This document shows, one piece after another, positions 8,445-10,633 of a DNA stretch of 10,633 bases (position 1 is the stretch's first letter; every line of letters begins with the position of its first letter). The notes below the pieces were generated by a model. It saw only the letters and a list, made by a program, of their open reading frames with translations, was not told the origin of the DNA and did no database searches. Position numbers and translations under genes: made by a program. The DNA is from Amoebophrya sp. A120 (Eukaryota > Protista > Dinoflagellata), in contig CAJINV010000084.1 of NCBI GenBank assembly GCA_905178155.1, positions 1 through 10,633 on the forward strand. Reading direction: 5' to 3'.

Positions 8445-9165
8445 GAAGCCATTGATGCGCCGGGTAGGAGGAAGTGAGGACGAGATGACATGAGACTCTT
8501 CTCTACAGAGGCACTGCTGCCACACGATGTTTATTTTCCACCTGGATGAACAACAGTTCGTTCTTCTTTTCGACTCGAACATGAAGCACGGCCACAGACT
8601 AGTACACTCGGACTGCCTTCTTCGTGAAGTAAGTACAAATCTTCACAGTGCTCGATAAATTCGGCGCTCCTTTGGAATTCAACCTTTATCCTGGTTCTGA
8701 AAAGTTTCTGCGATCGTACATGAAGTTCATAGTTCAATCGCGAGCGCTTACACGCAAAATCGAAGAAGCCTACCGATACAAATGTGAAATGCTCGTATAA
8801 TTTTACCCGTCAGATCACTCTAGCGCTTTTCCTTTTTGAGAGTTTTAATGCGAAATTGAAGATCTTCCTCTTCATCTCTGAGAAAGGTTCACATTTGGCG
8901 GTATTTGCAAGCAGTCATCCAATTCTGCGTTCATCATGGCGGCTGTTTTTTTTTTGGATTTAGATAGTCAGTCTCAGTAAACATCATTTTTTTCGCTTGT
9001 CCGACTAAGGAAGAGACGCACTCAACGCAGTGACTTGGTTTCGCAGTTTATTCGTCCAAGTACTACTGTTGAAAATGGAGTTAGTAGTAGACCACAGTGT
9101 TTTTGCAAAACTTATGCAAAGTCTTACACATCAGCGTTTTTCTACTACCGCTAGATTCATGAGCC

Positions 9166-10633
9166 ATGTGGACTGACGTTCTGTCAGACGACTCCTCGTG
9201 GAAAAAGTGGCGCGCGAACTCGAAAGAACGAAAGCAGGAGCATACGACAAGAGACGGACATTCAACGAGCGAAGTGCGGCCGCAGGAACAGGAGCACGAT
9301 AATTTCAGCAAAAATTCGCATCCGGTTATTGCGGACGCCTCGGGCAGTGCCTCAGCGACAACTGCGACTCTCGGCGGCGACGAGTGTGGACAAGCTACTC
9401 TCGGACAAGAAGCAACATCCTCTTTTTCCATACCAGCTGGGCTGCCAGTACAAAGCCGGATGAACAACCTGGACCATTCGTCAAACATGACAGCAGATCA
9501 GGGCAACAAGAGCCAGCCTTCGTGCCGGGACACCAGCATGGCTTCTCCAGCGACGCCCACGCTGGGGTCTAGTGGCAAACAACCGAAGAACTACACCAGG
9601 GATCACCAAAACGTTGGCGCGAATGGTGCGGAGGAGAATCCTACTCTCCGCCAAGCTGGATACAGTGAGAGGCATCCGCAGACCGTTTCGTCTGCCTCCG
9701 CGTCTTCGTCAAGATCCGGCACCACTGTGGTCCCCCACACGGCATCTTCAAAAACCGCTCGTCCAGGCACTTATTGTTCCTACACCCGTCCCATGCCTGA
9801 TTCCGTGTGGAGCACCGCCTCCAGTTCAACGCGAGACTCCCGCGCCACGGTTTCGTCCAGCAGTAACGCTGGTGGCTGGGAGGAGGAGCGACCACATTGG
9901 CCACAAGAACCGGAAATACGAAATTGTGAGATGGATGATCATGAGAAGCCTCCTTTGGAGATGCAAATGCAATCGCAGCCGCCGGCTGGACCGACGACGC
10001 CGGACGAAGACTCCATGTGTTGCGAAGACGCAGAGGAGGTTTTGGAGGGAATAAACGACCAGCAGGCTGCGATTGTGGAGGACCTCGTAGACGTCGATTA
10101 TGACAACAAGGCGGTGATCGAGCGGCAACCTGTAGGAGTACAACAAACAGGTCACGATCGAAATACGGCTTGTTTAGACCCAGGAGCTCAACCTCGTGAG
10201 CAAATAGAAATCCGACATATAGCACCAGCTGCGACCACCGGGACATCAATAAGCTACGGAAGTACAATAAAGAGCGACGCGAGTATATCGTAAGGAAAAA
10301 TCCCCCCTCCCCATATCAAAACGATGTTTCTGATGCTGGATTTGTGTACACGAATCAGATTTGTCGTGCTGGCGAGGACTGCAGGCCCATATCAAGCCTC
10401 AGTAGACAGGTTTTGGCCTAGGCGATTAGCTAGACAGACGTCTACGCTGTAGGAGCAACAGCATGACAAACCGCCTATAGAATGTGGCGGAGCCTGTAGA
10501 TTTGCCTTCATGCAATACAGCGACGATTTGTGGTCTCAAATCAGCATCACAAATTTTCAGAAGTATCCCGGTTTGGTATGGGGAGGGGGGATTTTTCCTC
10601 ACAATAGAGTACTATTCGGGATGTGGATTCCAC
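9166..10633 (+). CDS. Hypothetical protein with a Ser/Thr/Gln-rich, probably disordered N-terminus; spliced join(9166..10281,10608..>10633), 3'-truncated
   Basis: The 375-codon ORF starts at gccATGt, and its apparent stop (TAA 10291-10293) lies inside the left TIR of element 3. After excision the frame continues KSDA|STIRDVDS, open to the window end (only 8 codons visible). No domain recognised. Confidence 0.65.
10282..10611 (+). mobile_element. Inverted-repeat introner / MITE-like non-canonical intron, element 3 (326 nt removed)
   Basis: Direct repeat AGTA at 10282-10285 and 10608-10611 (GAGTA if the G is counted). TIRs 10286-10320 / 10572-10606 match at 32/35 (tatcgtaaggaaaaatcccccctccccatatcaaa). 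Ends are TAT...ATA-G. It interrupts the 9166 ORF. Confidence 0.88.

Noticed and set aside
7017-8455. ORFs 7017..7574, 7750..8235, 7811..8095, 8216..8455 and 8232..8444 as independent small genes
   Set aside because: Three are exons of the RMND5-like gene. The others are off-frame or run through element sequence; the repeated TNE.EGELCT peptide on both strands is just the TIR.
8445-9165. Intergenic region searched for RNA genes, spliced-leader relics and further IR elements
   Set aside because: Only short palindromes (e.g. TTTTGCAAAA at 9101-9110) and T-runs were seen, with no tRNA cloverleaf, SL match or TIR pair by eye.
9641-10267. 208-aa minus-strand ORF and other ORFs overlapping 9166..10293
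   Set aside because: Shadow frames of the longer + strand ORF with no independent evidence.
10603-10633. Small palindrome AATAG-agta-CTATT and a possible new TAT element start right after element 3
   Set aside because: The arms are only 5 bp and the window ends, so no partner TIR can be tested. The frame remains open as ordinary exon.

Overview
Eukaryotic, gene-dense DNA with four protein genes, all on the + strand. (1) Two tandem paralogues of an unknown protein: <1..1045 (5'-truncated) and 1602..3323. (2) A spliced, greatly expanded RMND5/GID2-like CTLH-complex E3 ligase gene (LisH, CTLH/CRA, C-terminal degenerate RING), join(3922..6816,7008..7565,7790..8054,8269..8444), about 1297 aa. (3) The 5' part of a low-complexity protein gene, 9166..>10633. 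The main signal is three MITE-like insertions with dissimilar sequences that interrupt reading frames and share one end architecture: 4-bp direct repeat + TAT...29-36 bp terminal inverted repeat...ATA + G + 4-bp direct repeat (7566-7793, 8055-8272, 10282-10611). Removing the element plus one direct repeat restores the frame each time, which implies non-canonical (non-GT...AG) hairpin introns, or introners. They also share an internal GCATGACA motif. This architecture and the unidirectional gene order point, by inference, to the parasitic dinoflagellate Amoebophrya (Syndiniales), where inverted-repeat introners are reported but, to my knowledge, their splicing and mobilisation mechanisms are unresolved.
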